Origin: a virus
Taxonomy: Duplodnaviria; Caudoviricetes
DNA: 28,548 bases
Strand: one strand, 5' to 3'
IMG/VR virus record: IMGVR_UViG_3300031588_000010
Coordinates: 1 to 28,548 of that record
Shown here in pieces: positions 1 through 8,576 of the stretch (positions within the stretch are counted from its first letter, which is position 1; the number at the start of each line of letters is the position of its first letter). A program made the translations under genes and the position numbers. Under the pieces are notes generated by a model that had not been told where the DNA came from, did no database searches, and saw only the letters and a program-made list of their open reading frames with translations.

Positions 1-690
1 GGCGCTGGAGGGTCGGGTTCTAACGGCAACACTTTTAACAGCGTTGGCGGCGCTGGAGGTAGCATCGTTGACTGTGGTTTGAACGCACATTCAAACCAAG
101 GCGGTTATTCGGCTGGCGGCGGCGCGGTTGGAATTTACGGGGTAACCGGCACTCAAGGAAACGGACAGGCAAACACTGTTTATGGCGGCGCACCAAGCGG
201 CGCTGGTTGTGGGGGCGTTCATGTACCCAATCAAGGCATGTCGAATGCTGGTGGGTCGGGAATAAGCGGCACTGGTAACACGATCACTTGGCAGGCCATC
301 AACCCCGGTTCTCCGATAAATACCGGCACTTTCGGAAGTATTTTCCCAGCCGCTGGCCGTGGTGCGACAGTCCTGTTTGGAGGATTAGGTTCTTCAAACT
401 TTTACGCTGGCATCAATAATATTATCGGATCAACTCCACCCGAACCGGGCGGCGGTGGCGCGGGTTTGCCAAGCCACAGTCGCATTAATTATCGCAAAGG
501 CGGAATGTTTGCGGGCGGCGGCGGTGTAACGTGGGGCAATTTCACTGGTACGGCAGCGAGCGCTGGTGACGGCGGCGATTGCGGGGGCGGTGGTGGTGGC
601 GGCGCAGGTAGGACTGGCGGGTGTAGCATAACCGGTAGCATCGGCGGCATTGGCGCTGTGATTATTGAAATCATGTCACCCAGTTTCTAG
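1..690 (+). CDS. Gly-rich tail fibre/receptor-binding protein, C-terminal part (5'-truncated)
   Basis: Frame is open from base 1 (GAGGSGSNG...) to TAG at 688-690. Extreme Gly-rich GGxGG repeats end in G-x-V-I-I-E, typical of phage Gly-rich tail domains. Followed by a tail chaperone. Confidence 0.7.
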   Translation, partial: GAGGSGSNGNTFNSVGGAGGSIVDCGLNAHSNQGGYSAGGGAVGIYGVTGTQGNGQANTVYGGAPSGAGCGGVHVPNQGMSNAGGSGISGTGNTITWQAINPGSPINTGTFGSIFPAAGRGATVLFGGLGSSNFYAGINNIIGSTPPEPGGGGAGLPSHSRINYRKGGMFAGGGGVTWGNFTGTAASAGDGGDCGGGGGGGAGRTGGCSITGSIGGIGAVIIEIMSPSF

Positions 691-700
691 GAGAAATATA

Positions 701-1018
701 ATGCCAATTTATTTAGTTACTAAAGACGGTAAGACAAACCATATATCCGCTGAAGAATCCTTCGTAGTGGCTCAAGCTTACGATGCTTACGAGCTTGTAC
801 CAAATAACGAACCTGAAGAACCTGATTTAAGCGAAGAAGACCTATCCGCTCAGTTATCTAGGGAATGGCGCAATGAAGAATTAAAAAATTCGGATTGGAT
901 TGTCGCAGTCACGGATCATCCAGAAAGAGCAGCTTACACAACTTATCGCGCTGCACTCAGAAGCTGGCCCGCTGATGAAGCTAATTTCCCAGACACTAAA
1001 CCAACACTAGGAGAATAA
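701..1018 (+). CDS. Tail fibre assembly chaperone-like protein
   Basis: RBS AGGAGA precedes ATG at 701. C-terminal REWRNEEL..SDW....D.....Y..YRAALR.WP....FP...P is the typical tail assembly chaperone signature. Confidence 0.75.
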   Translation: MPIYLVTKDGKTNHISAEESFVVAQAYDAYELVPNNEPEEPDLSEEDLSAQLSREWRNEELKNSDWIVAVTDHPERAAYTTYRAALRSWPADEANFPDTKPTLGE

Positions 1019-1020
1019 AA

Positions 1021-1161
1021 ATGCCATTTGTTGGCGAACAACCAAAAAGTGCTGGAGCCGTAAAAGTTTTCGGGCGATCAGCTATTACTGAAATTGATAT
1101 AGCAGCAGGGGTTTTTACTATTGCCGCTAGATCAGGCTCTATTGAAATAGGAGTTAGCTAA
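1021..1161 (+). CDS. Small tail-associated protein (46 aa, MPFVGEQPKSAGAVKVFGRSAITEIDIAAGVFTIAARSGSIEIGVS), missing from ORF track
   Basis: AGGAGA RBS and ATG at 1021; the stop overlaps the next start as TAATG. Confidence 0.7.
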   Translation: MPFVGEQPKSAGAVKVFGRSAITEIDIAAGVFTIAARSGSIEIGVS

Positions 1162-1931
1162 TGGCTAATCGTTTCCCACTAGTTGTTGATGCATCTACTA
1201 GCGCAATAAAAGAATTACCAACTGGCGACAACCTTGATCTTACGGGATCGGGGATCGTGAACGCTGGTGCTTTTGCTGCAACCTCTGTGACCGTCAGTGG
1301 TCAGATTACAGGTGTTACAAACTTAGCGATGACCGGCACATTAACTGGTGCTACTAATATAGGGCTTACTGGTACATTAACCGGCGCTACTAATATAGGT
1401 ATGACTGGTACATTAACCGGAGGGACTAATACAACAATCAGTGGAACCTTCACTGGAGCGCAAGTTGATATCCTCGCTGAAGGTGACTTGAGATTGCAAG
1501 ACGCATCTGGCGGTCAGTACGTTGCGCTTCAAGCGCCGTCAACTATAGGTGCTAGTTACACATTAACAATGCCAGCGGATGATGGAGATGCAGATCAGTA
1601 TCTGCAAACCAACGGCAGCGGAGTATTAGATTGGGCAACCGTTACTGTTCCTCCTTCTGCTTACGCAGCGTTTGCAATTATTTCAACTGCAACAAGTTTA
1701 GCGGCATCAGGTCAGTACATCAGCAATAGCAGCAGCGCGTTAACGCATACTCTCCCAGCGGGAGCAGAGGGTTCTTCAATTACTGTAAAGAATAATGGAT
1801 CTGGTTTAGTGACTTTAGCTAGAACCAATAATGAAAAAATAAATGGGGCAACCGCTAACGCGACGATGCCACAGGGCAATGCAGCTCAACTAGTTTACAT
1901 TGATAACACAACCGGATGGTTAGTCCTTTAG
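1161..1931 (+). CDS. Tail fibre/structural protein with internal 12-aa repeats
   Basis: Thr/Gly-rich, (M/L)TGTLTGATNIG repeats. The LQAP..I..SYTLT.P..DG...QYLQTNGSG.L.W segment recalls marine phage tail fibres. Lies within the tail cluster. Confidence 0.65.
   Translation: MANRFPLVVDASTSAIKELPTGDNLDLTGSGIVNAGAFAATSVTVSGQITGVTNLAMTGTLTGATNIGLTGTLTGATNIGMTGTLTGGTNTTISGTFTGAQVDILAEGDLRLQDASGGQYVALQAPSTIGASYTLTMPADDGDADQYLQTNGSGVLDWATVTVPPSAYAAFAIISTATSLAASGQYISNSSSALTHTLPAGAEGSSITVKNNGSGLVTLARTNNEKINGATANATMPQGNAAQLVYIDNTTGWLVL
1329..1436 (+). repeat. Three in-frame 36-bp tandem repeats
   Basis: atgaccggcacattaactggtgctactaatataggg / cttactggtacattaaccggcgctactaatataggt / atgactggtacattaaccggagggactaatacaaca. 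Confidence 0.85.
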
Positions 1932-1940
1932 GAGAATAAT

Positions 1941-2255
1941 ATGGCAGTAATTGGATCATCAACCCCAATAAAATCAATACAAAGGGGGAATACCACTTGT
2001 GGTAGAAACACCACAGCTACGGCAACCATTAACTCAGTAAACACAAGTAAAGCGTTTGTTACTTGTTCAAATAAAAGCGGTTGGGGAACAGGTGGTCACA
2101 ATAACACTGGTATTTGGATGGCGAATTCAGTCGGAGGGAGTTGTCGTATAACCGCTGCAACAACACTCTCTTTTGCAGCGGGATATAACTTTCAGTACCA
2201 CCAACAAACCAGTGGCAATCCGGTTATAGCGTGGGAGGTTATCGAATATGTCTAG
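1941..2255 (+). CDS. Small tail-tip/receptor-binding-like protein
   Basis: AGGAGA RBS; IKSIQRG...I.SVNTSKAF...W(E)VIEY pattern seen in phage tail-associated proteins; coupled to a chaperone gene. Confidence 0.55.
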   Translation: MAVIGSSTPIKSIQRGNTTCGRNTTATATINSVNTSKAFVTCSNKSGWGTGGHNNTGIWMANSVGGSCRITAATTLSFAAGYNFQYHQQTSGNPVIAWEVIEYV

Positions 2256-2589
2256 TATTTTTTATGCACAGTTAGATAGTGATAATGTTTGTTCAAATAT
2301 ATGTGAATATGGTCAAACATTAGACAATGTACCTTCTAACTATTTAGCTATTAGTACGTTTGATGACAGCCTTGTCGGTAGAACATGGGATGGATCAGCT
2401 TGGTCAGAGGTAGTAGAAGCTACTGTTGAAGAGTTAGCCCGCGAGTGGCGTGATATAGAGTTGCTGACGAGTGACTTTGCAGTGCCTCTAACAGATCATC
2501 CAAATCATGCTGCGTATATGACTTACAGAGCGGCACTAAGGGGCTGGCCCTCAACCGCTGATTTCCCAGCTACCAAGCCGACTTTGTAG
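2248..2589 (+). CDS. Second tail fibre assembly chaperone-like protein (paralog of 701..1018)
   Basis: AREWRDIELLTSDF...TDHP..AAY.TYRAALR.WP...FP.TKPTL is near-identical to the C-terminus of 701..1018. Confidence 0.75.
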   Translation: MSSIFYAQLDSDNVCSNICEYGQTLDNVPSNYLAISTFDDSLVGRTWDGSAWSEVVEATVEELAREWRDIELLTSDFAVPLTDHPNHAAYMTYRAALRGWPSTADFPATKPTL

Positions 2590-2593
2590 GTAA

Positions 2594-2809
2594 GTGATTC
2601 TAGCTTTTCTACTTATGGTGTCTGTAGACAAAGTTAATTTTGGTGAAGAGCAGGACATGGTGTTTAAAGATATATACAGGTGTTGGCATTTTGCTCGTAT
2701 CTTTGAGCATGGTGGTCGCTCACCCAACTATACTTTTAAACATGGTAATCCAGTTAAGGCTTATTGTGTTCCGCTTTGGGTTAATAAAGACACTAACTTC
2801 CAAGATTAA
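2594..2809 (+). CDS. Small hypothetical protein with hydrophobic N-terminus and two Cys
   Basis: GTG start directly after the chaperone gene; followed by a strong hairpin. Confidence 0.55.
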   Translation: MILAFLLMVSVDKVNFGEEQDMVFKDIYRCWHFARIFEHGGRSPNYTFKHGNPVKAYCVPLWVNKDTNFQD

Positions 2810-2810
2810 G

Positions 2811-2852
2811 TGTGGCACTGCCGTACACCCGAAGGGTGTACAGCATGCCGCA
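2811..2852. terminator. Long hairpin between convergent genes (possible bidirectional terminator)
   Basis: gtacaccc-gaa-gggtgtac core, extendable by tgtggca/tgccgca; no clear U-tract. Confidence 0.5.
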
Positions 2853-2857
2853 TAAAG

Positions 2858-3259
2858 CTAAACGTTATCTTCTTCCCCTTTTACATATCTATGTAAAGAA
2901 AGCAGATTTGGTGGAGCCTTAGTCGTTTCTGCCGGCTCTTCATACGCTAAGTACGCACGCACAGTCCTGGCAAAATCCCTGGCTTCCATTGATACATGGC
3001 TTTTAGCTATTGAAATGGCCATTTCTAACACTTGTTCTTGCAGTGTTGTCGTTCCCAGCTCTTCTTGGTATTCAATCGGAAGGTTTTCAACATAACTATC
3101 TAATGCCGCTTCGACCTTTGGTATGTCGTAGGCGTAGCATAAGTCATTAGGCTGGCCCTGATGAAAAATGCTGTTTTTGTCATAACCGTCTCTGCGGAAT
3201 TGTGTACCACTTAGACGTATCTGTTTTCTTAGTTCTACAAATGGATTGGTGTTTTCCAT
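2858..3259 (-). CDS. Hypothetical protein
   Basis: 133-aa ORF with GGAGAG RBS. Confidence 0.7.
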   Translation of the reverse strand: MENTNPFVELRKQIRLSGTQFRRDGYDKNSIFHQGQPNDLCYAYDIPKVEAALDSYVENLPIEYQEELGTTTLQEQVLEMAISIAKSHVSMEARDFARTVRAYLAYEEPAETTKAPPNLLSLHRYVKGEEDNV

Positions 3260-3616
3260 ATTTACTTCTCTCCAAGGTTAATACGCTCATCTTACTAAGA
3301 ATCCTTAATGCTTTAGTAAGCTTGCTGGCTTTATTAATTCTATTTCTAGGTGGAAAGCTAGTACACGCGTTCTGTAAATAGAATCATATTAAGTAGCAGT
3401 AGTGCCACACAACACAGTTTAACACGTCATTTTGAATGAGAAATCCAAGAAAACATCGCTTCTCAGCGAGATAATTGGGCTTATTAGTAAATTAATCCTA
3501 ACCCTCTGAAAGCATAGAGTTATTAGCTCTCTTTTTTAGTTGGTTATAGCAGGCTTACAAAAAAGATATGCCTGTAAGCGTAAGGCTTTTTTAGGTTTTC
3601 TAGGATAGGTAAGTAT

Positions 3617-4093
3617 ATGAAGTTTGGTGCAATTAAAGGATTAATTGGAGCATTTGCTCCAACAATTGGCAAAGCCCTGGGCGGACCTTTAGGAGGCGCA
3701 GCAGCTCAGACAATTGCAGCAGTACTCGGGTGCTCTCCAGATGAAAAGGCTTTAACAACTGCAATAAAAAACGCTACCCCAGAGCAGCTCACTGAAATAA
3801 AGAAAGCTGAGCTGGATTTTGAAGTAAAAATGAAGGAGCTAGATGTCGATGTTTTTGAACTTGAAGTGGGAGACACTCAAGACGCTCGTAGAGCGTTTGA
3901 GGGTGATTGGACGCCAAAAATTATCGCAGTGGCGTGCGTCCTCTTTTTTGGCGGATATATTTTCACAGTTACACTCCAGAGTCCGGCTGAAAACGATGAT
4001 GGTATCGTTAATCTTGTGCTCGGCTATTTGGGTGGGCTTGTTTCTAGCATTATAAGCTTCTATTACGGAGCTTCTCATGACCATAAGAAATGA
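3617..4093 (+). CDS. Putative holin (GTA 3TM holin-like)
   Basis: N-terminal APTIG.ALGGPLGG, charged coiled segment, D.QDAR, then two hydrophobic TM segments ending YYG.S. Confidence 0.65.
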   Translation: MKFGAIKGLIGAFAPTIGKALGGPLGGAAAQTIAAVLGCSPDEKALTTAIKNATPEQLTEIKKAELDFEVKMKELDVDVFELEVGDTQDARRAFEGDWTPKIIAVACVLFFGGYIFTVTLQSPAENDDGIVNLVLGYLGGLVSSIISFYYGASHDHKK

Positions 4094-4282
4094 CGTCTCA
4101 GAGCTCTCTCAGAGCTTTACACAAAGCGCTGTTTTGGAGGTAAGCAGAGTTGAATGCGGGTATAAAAACGCTCTACTGAGTGCTCAGTGGGTTTAACAAA
4201 CAAAGTTAAGTCTTAACGCTATACCAGGAGGTGATCATCTCCGCACAGGCTCCGGTTACCTGTAGGGACTAAGTGTGGTCCG

Positions 4283-4298
4283 GCCCTCGCAAGGGGGC
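4283..4298. terminator. GC hairpin with GCAA tetraloop between convergent genes
   Basis: gccctc-gcaa-gggggc; weak U-tract. Confidence 0.4.
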
Positions 4299-4306
4299 TA
4301 ATACCC

Positions 4307-4516
4307 TTATATACCGTATTCTCTTAAGAAATCTTGTTCAACTGTGCGTTCTGTTAACTCTCTCTCTATGACCTCAGCATGGCCCTGCCAACGCCCATAG
4401 TGCTCTCTTCTGACGGACGCTGAAGATCGCCTAAACGCTGCGTCATTCTTAGCTAGATAATCTTGAAGGTCATTTAAGCTGTAGAGTGATATATCCTCTA
4501 TCTCAAAGGGGGTCAT
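4307..4516 (-). CDS. Hypothetical protein
   Basis: 69-aa ORF overlapping the end of the upstream gene. Confidence 0.55.
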   Translation of the reverse strand: MTPFEIEDISLYSLNDLQDYLAKNDAAFRRSSASVRREHYGRWQGHAEVIERELTERTVEQDFLREYGI

Positions 4517-4955
4517 TTGTGTACATCCAAATGGCGGCTAACAAAAAGATCATAAGGAAAACCCAGGTAAACATTATAGTTCCAACCAACTTCATTGTTT
4601 TTTTGAATTCAAGCCTGCGTTTTTTGATGATCCGCAACTCTTTTTCGTGAGCGTATCTAGATTCTTCCATGCGTTTTTTGATGCTCGTATAGAGGTCGTA
4701 CTGCCCCTGCATCATACAAATGTCTTTCAACTGCTGATCAAAATTAGCTAGTTGCCGTTTAGCTGACTCCATTTTGAGCGCGTCTTTGTAAGACATCGCA
4801 CCAGCTTTTGCTTTTTCTACTTCGTTGTATTTCTCGTCAGCTTCTGCCCAGTTTCCTAGTATTGAATCTAAGTTACCTTTGCCCTCTTTGACGGTTGCTA
4901 TGCCATCGTTCAGCGCCTTTAACGCAGACAGCACTGCAAAAACTTCCCCGATCAT
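4503..4955 (-). CDS. Coiled-coil protein with C-terminal TM anchor
   Basis: Helical body, basic patch KKRRLEFKK, then hydrophobic LVGTIMFTWVFLMIFLLAAIW. Confidence 0.65.
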   Translation of the reverse strand: MIGEVFAVLSALKALNDGIATVKEGKGNLDSILGNWAEADEKYNEVEKAKAGAMSYKDALKMESAKRQLANFDQQLKDICMMQGQYDLYTSIKKRMEESRYAHEKELRIIKKRRLEFKKTMKLVGTIMFTWVFLMIFLLAAIWMYTNDPL

Positions 4956-4965
4956 TCTTTAAAAC

Positions 4966-5430
4966 TCATGGTAGTAGCTTGGATACACTCGCTAAAACGT
5001 CTATGTCACCTACTGAAAACATACCGATGACGAACGCTAGTAACGCTGTGCCTAAAATTGATGTTGAATACTGACTGAAAGAAGACTTGGTATAAGAAAT
5101 AATGCCGGACTTGCGCTCTAAAGCTTTAATGCGAGTGCCTTGTACAGCGGTTTCAATAGTTAAAGATTTAACGTCTGTATTAGTCTCGCGGACAGTAGAG
5201 GTAATGTTTTTTAGATTAGTGGTTAACAGTGTAGTGCTGGCTATCCCCTCTTCTCTCATAGTCTGCAGAGTTGCCTGCATATCTTCGGTGTGCTGTTCGT
5301 TCTTAATAGCTCTAGCTACTGCAGCGTCTATTACTGAACTCATGTTCGTCATGCTTTGACGGGATTCCGCAGAGTGGGCCTCTAACGTGGCCTTGATGAA
5401 ATGCTTAACTTCTTCCAGTTCTAACTGCAT
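4966..5430 (-). CDS. Coiled-coil protein with C-terminal TM segment
   Basis: Heptad-like body; ILGTALLAFVIGMFSV hydrophobic segment. Confidence 0.6.
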   Translation of the reverse strand: MQLELEEVKHFIKATLEAHSAESRQSMTNMSSVIDAAVARAIKNEQHTEDMQATLQTMREEGIASTTLLTTNLKNITSTVRETNTDVKSLTIETAVQGTRIKALERKSGIISYTKSSFSQYSTSILGTALLAFVIGMFSVGDIDVLASVSKLLP

Positions 5431-5498
5431 AGCATACGGCCTACATGAGTGGAATAACCACGATCATATTAGGCAGTGCACTAAATGTTTTCTGGGAT

Positions 5499-5726
5499 TT
5501 ATGAAGTCTTAAGAAGCTTGTCTGGGTGGAAATCAGGCAATGCGCGTATTTGTTTATCTAACTTAATTGCCCAGGATATGGCAATTTCTTCTGAGAAAGT
5601 TACTAAGCCACCGGGTACTCCCCAGCCTTGGACCCCGCCTATTTCTATGGCCGGTAATTCCCCATAACCTATTATGATATTGTCGTTTTTGCGCATTTCA
5701 CTTTTAGCAATAATTGCGGTGGACAT
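5499..5726 (-). CDS. Hypothetical protein
   Basis: 75-aa ORF with AGGA RBS. Confidence 0.6.
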   Translation of the reverse strand: MSTAIIAKSEMRKNDNIIIGYGELPAIEIGGVQGWGVPGGLVTFSEEIAISWAIKLDKQIRALPDFHPDKLLKTS

Positions 5727-5817
5727 ACCATATTCCTAATTTATGGGGGTAGAATTCGATTTTACCAAAAATCAACCATAATTAGCAGCTAAGTTAATGT
5801 TCTATATAGGTTTTTTA

Positions 5818-6000
5818 TTACGCTTGCTCTTCAATTTGGATTAACGCTTCTTTCTTTGCTCTTTCAATAGTTACTTCATCAAAGCCAGCTGCAAACTCTT
5901 GAACCATTGGCTCAATGCGGCTTATCTGATCGTCGGTCTGAGCAGTGATCGCTAGGACTAGGGCTTTGACTAAAGCTTCGTAGTGATTTTTGATTTCCAT
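5818..6000 (-). CDS. Small helical hypothetical protein (60 aa, MEIKNHYEAL...)
   Basis: Internal ATG at 6000 avoids a long overlap with the upstream ORF. Confidence 0.6.
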   Translation of the reverse strand: MEIKNHYEALVKALVLAITAQTDDQISRIEPMVQEFAAGFDEVTIERAKKEALIQIEEQA

Positions 6001-6179
6001 TCCGCTTGCTCGTTCTGGTGTTGTTGAGTATCTGTGGCACAGGATTCGCACACTTTTTGTATGTAGCGTTTGCCGGATTGTTCTTTGAAGCGAGCCAATG
6101 TATATCTGCTGGTTGAGACGGTCATACACTGGAAGCATTCAAATGCTTTTAAACTGTCGTTTTGGTACAGCTTTTTCAT
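5970..6179 (-). CDS. Small Zn-ribbon protein (CFQC...CESC)
   Basis: Start coupled by TAATG to the upstream stop; two CxxC pairs. Confidence 0.55.
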   Translation of the reverse strand: MKKLYQNDSLKAFECFQCMTVSTSRYTLARFKEQSGKRYIQKVCESCATDTQQHQNEQAEWKSKITTKL

Positions 6180-6820
6180 TACGCTTCCTCCCCCCAAATT
6201 TCCTCTTGCCATTGCTCGATATCAAGATCAATAACTTTGGCAATAACAGAACACTCTGAGTTGACATGATCGACACTAAGTATTCTGGTAGAAAGGTGTT
6301 GGTCATCGCCAAGCATTGAATAAATCCTATTGCTTACGTCATCGCTGCCATAAAAATATTCATAAACAGTTGATTCATTTTCTTTAATGCTGACCTGGAA
6401 AATAAAAAGGTCCCAATCGCTCAGGACTTTGTAGACCTGCCAGAATCCTTGCTCACGACTTACTAGCGCGTAATTCCGAGCTTCATCAATTGTGTCAAAA
6501 ACAATAAATCTGCTCAGATCGCTTCCTGCAATGTCGAGCAGTTGATCGGTAGTAACTTCATTTACGTCACCTTCATCTTCAACGCCTTCATGTAGTAATT
6601 CGTAAAAATACTCTTCTTCAGAATGTGTAAAGCCGCTAATTAACTTGTTTTGAAAATCTTTTTCATCAATCGCGAACCAAGCTAAGGGTTTTCCTTGATG
6701 AGGGATTTCTAAAACAATTTGTCTCTGGGAGATACTTGACTCCCTCCGCAGATTATCCCAAAACCCGACATCTCCTTTTACGCTGTCTTCCGATGGGTTT
6801 TTCATTCTTCTACTTCCCAA
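6179..6820 (-). CDS. Acidic hypothetical protein
   Basis: About 210-aa ORF rich in Asp/Glu; start probably ATG near 6805. Confidence 0.65.
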   Translation of the reverse strand: MGSRRMKNPSEDSVKGDVGFWDNLRRESSISQRQIVLEIPHQGKPLAWFAIDEKDFQNKLISGFTHSEEEYFYELLHEGVEDEGDVNEVTTDQLLDIAGSDLSRFIVFDTIDEARNYALVSREQGFWQVYKVLSDWDLFIFQVSIKENESTVYEYFYGSDDVSNRIYSMLGDDQHLSTRILSVDHVNSECSVIAKVIDLDIEQWQEEIWGEEA

Positions 6821-7110
6821 AGCTCTTCGTAGAGCTCTGTATCTGCGTGGTGCTTTTCAACCCAAGCTTGCGCTTCTTTTTCTGTGAGCGGTATAAATTT
6901 GCTGCCGTAGGTCCAGCCTCCAGTTGCACCTTCTTCAGCGTATTGTGAAGAAGCTCCACCTTCACCATCGATGAAGAATTCTCCAGTTTCTTTCCGGTAA
7001 AGGCTTTCTTTAAACCATTCAAAGTCACTTGGGTACTTGTACGATGCGGTTTCTAATAGGTCGGCTGTCTCTGTGTTGTACATCTTTCCGTTAATTACTT
7101 TTTTTGTCAT
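6802..7110 (-). CDS. Conserved phage/mobile-element hypothetical protein (KKVINGK.YNTETA...LYRK.TGEFF..GEGG family)
   Basis: AGGAGAG RBS; motif pattern recurrent in phage proteins; function unknown. Confidence 0.7.
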   Translation of the reverse strand: MTKKVINGKMYNTETADLLETASYKYPSDFEWFKESLYRKETGEFFIDGEGGASSQYAEEGATGGWTYGSKFIPLTEKEAQAWVEKHHADTELYEELWEVEE

Positions 7111-7171
7111 TTTCGCTCTCCTAGCGTTGGCGTTACTTCATTATTGAGCGTTTTTAGCGCAGTACGCAAGC

Positions 7172-7351
7172 TTATGTGTGTGTATATCCGTCGGTTTCGA
7201 TGACGAGCCACATGTTGCCCCAGTGAACTACAGCTGCATCACATGCGATCATTGGCGCTACAGTTCGCCGGAACTTCATGAAGGTTATGTTTTGGGGGTC
7301 TATTTGCCACTTTTTATGCAGGCTTTGTAATTGAGATTTAGTGAGTCTCAT
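7172..7351 (-). CDS. Small hypothetical protein (59 aa, MRLTKSQ...WGNMWLVIETDGYTHT), missing from ORF track
   Basis: GGAG RBS and ATG at 7351; the C-terminal W.NMWL.IE.DGYTH resembles a recurring small phage family. Confidence 0.7.
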   Translation of the reverse strand: MRLTKSQLQSLHKKWQIDPQNITFMKFRRTVAPMIACDAAVVHWGNMWLVIETDGYTHT

Positions 7352-7369
7352 TCTGTTTCTCCGTGATAA

Positions 7370-7534
7370 TCAAATAGAGCGTTCACTCCAGTAGACGCTG
7401 TCGTAATCATTTTCGTCGTACAGTAATTGCTCACATTGAGCACACTCATTTATGCAGCAGTCTTTGCAACATGCATAGTCTGCGTTGGTTAAGTTATCGC
7501 ACCCGTCATAAATACATTTTATGGCTTTAACCAT
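7370..7534 (-). CDS. Small Cys-rich protein (54 aa, 8 Cys), missing from ORF track
   Basis: MVKAIKCIYDGCDNLTNADYACCKDCCINECAQCEQLLYDENDYDSVYWSERSI; start overlaps the upstream stop. Confidence 0.55.
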   Translation of the reverse strand: MVKAIKCIYDGCDNLTNADYACCKDCCINECAQCEQLLYDENDYDSVYWSERSI

Positions 7535-7718
7535 TCTGGTAGGCACGGTTATTTAGCAATAACTGCCCTTCTCCTTTGGTTAGGCAAATTGCTTTAACTT
7601 GAAATATCTTTTCAATCCTGGCTTTCTCTTTAAGACAATCATTTACCTGGGCAGATTCACTGAACTCAGACAAATGAAACCATGTTGCTACTGTGATTAA
7701 GTAAAGATTAGTTAGCAT
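7527..7718 (-). CDS. Small hypothetical protein
   Basis: 63-aa ORF coupled to the kinase gene. Confidence 0.55.
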   Translation of the reverse strand: MLTNLYLITVATWFHLSEFSESAQVNDCLKEKARIEKIFQVKAICLTKGEGQLLLNNRAYQNG

Positions 7719-8337
7719 TTTGGCCCCCGACTACCTGCGAGCCGATCTTCTCGAAGATCGACCTCGCTTGGCGGGAGGGGCATGTGTTAATTATTTGTAA
7801 GATGTCTCTTATTGCCATACTTTGCTTTCCTTCAATTACGTGCAATTTATGAGTGTCAGAGAAGCCAGTAACATAATCTCTGCTGTCTCCTGTAAAAGAG
7901 GCGTTCTCTTTATGCAGGTGAAAGATGACTACTCTGCTAAACACAGTTAATAGAGGCTCTATTTCTTCTGGAAAACCGCCATCACTAAAGACAGCTTTTT
8001 GGGAGTTATTCTCTGAGCAGGCATAAGCGGCGAAATTACCAAAATAGTCTTTGCCATAACGAGGCTTAATAATATTTTGACTGACATGTATAAGAGCTTC
8101 TCTTGGGCTCATGCCATTTAGCATGTCTAGCTGGGTTTCTTTTATTTCCCTGTTATCAGCAAAAACCTTCAAGACACTCAATTCAACGTCAAAGTGCTTA
8201 GCCGTTTCGGCGTACAATTTGTCTTTCATTTGATGCTTGTTAAACCCATGACTATCTACAAGAAGATTAGCTAAGGTGTCTTTACCAGAGTTTGGAGGGC
8301 CATTGAGTACTACGCATAACTCAAGTGGCTTATTCAA
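7708..8337 (-). CDS. Deoxynucleoside monophosphate kinase
   Basis: P-loop NGPPNSGKDT, SPREALI.VS...IKP.YG..YFG, SDGGF..E and F.GDSR.Y motifs of phage dNMP kinases. Confidence 0.85.
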   Translation of the reverse strand: MNKPLELCVVLNGPPNSGKDTLANLLVDSHGFNKHQMKDKLYAETAKHFDVELSVLKVFADNREIKETQLDMLNGMSPREALIHVSQNIIKPRYGKDYFGNFAAYACSENNSQKAVFSDGGFPEEIEPLLTVFSRVVIFHLHKENASFTGDSRDYVTGFSDTHKLHVIEGKQSMAIRDILQIINTCPSRQARSIFEKIGSQVVGGQNAN

Positions 8338-8576
8338 TTTTTAAAACAGACAGTGTTGTTAGAAAAATCTAAGCTTTCATCTAAAATAAGAGTCTTAACA
8401 ACTTCCATTCCAAAAATAACGTTAGCGTTGTCTACTTCTGACCTATCAAAAAACATGCTTCCGTCTTTTTTAAAGCCAAGAATAATGATTCCTTCTAAAT
8501 CTTCTTCTTTAGCCATTTCTAACAAAGCTAGTGGCTCAAGGTTGTGTGAAATTGCAGTAATTTTTGCAGTAGACAT
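8334..8576 (-). CDS. Hypothetical protein (80 aa, MSTAKIT...)
   Basis: AAGGAAG RBS before ATG at 8576; the longer tracked ORF runs through a structured leader. Confidence 0.65.
   Translation of the reverse strand: MSTAKITAISHNLEPLALLEMAKEEDLEGIIILGFKKDGSMFFDRSEVDNANVIFGMEVVKTLILDESLDFSNNTVCFKN

Noticed and set aside
489-674. Pro-rich minus-strand ORF
   Set aside because: Antisense shadow of Gly codons.
1-2809. Diversity-generating retroelement acting on tail genes
   Set aside because: No reverse transcriptase and no adenine-specific TR/VR repeat pair seen in the window.
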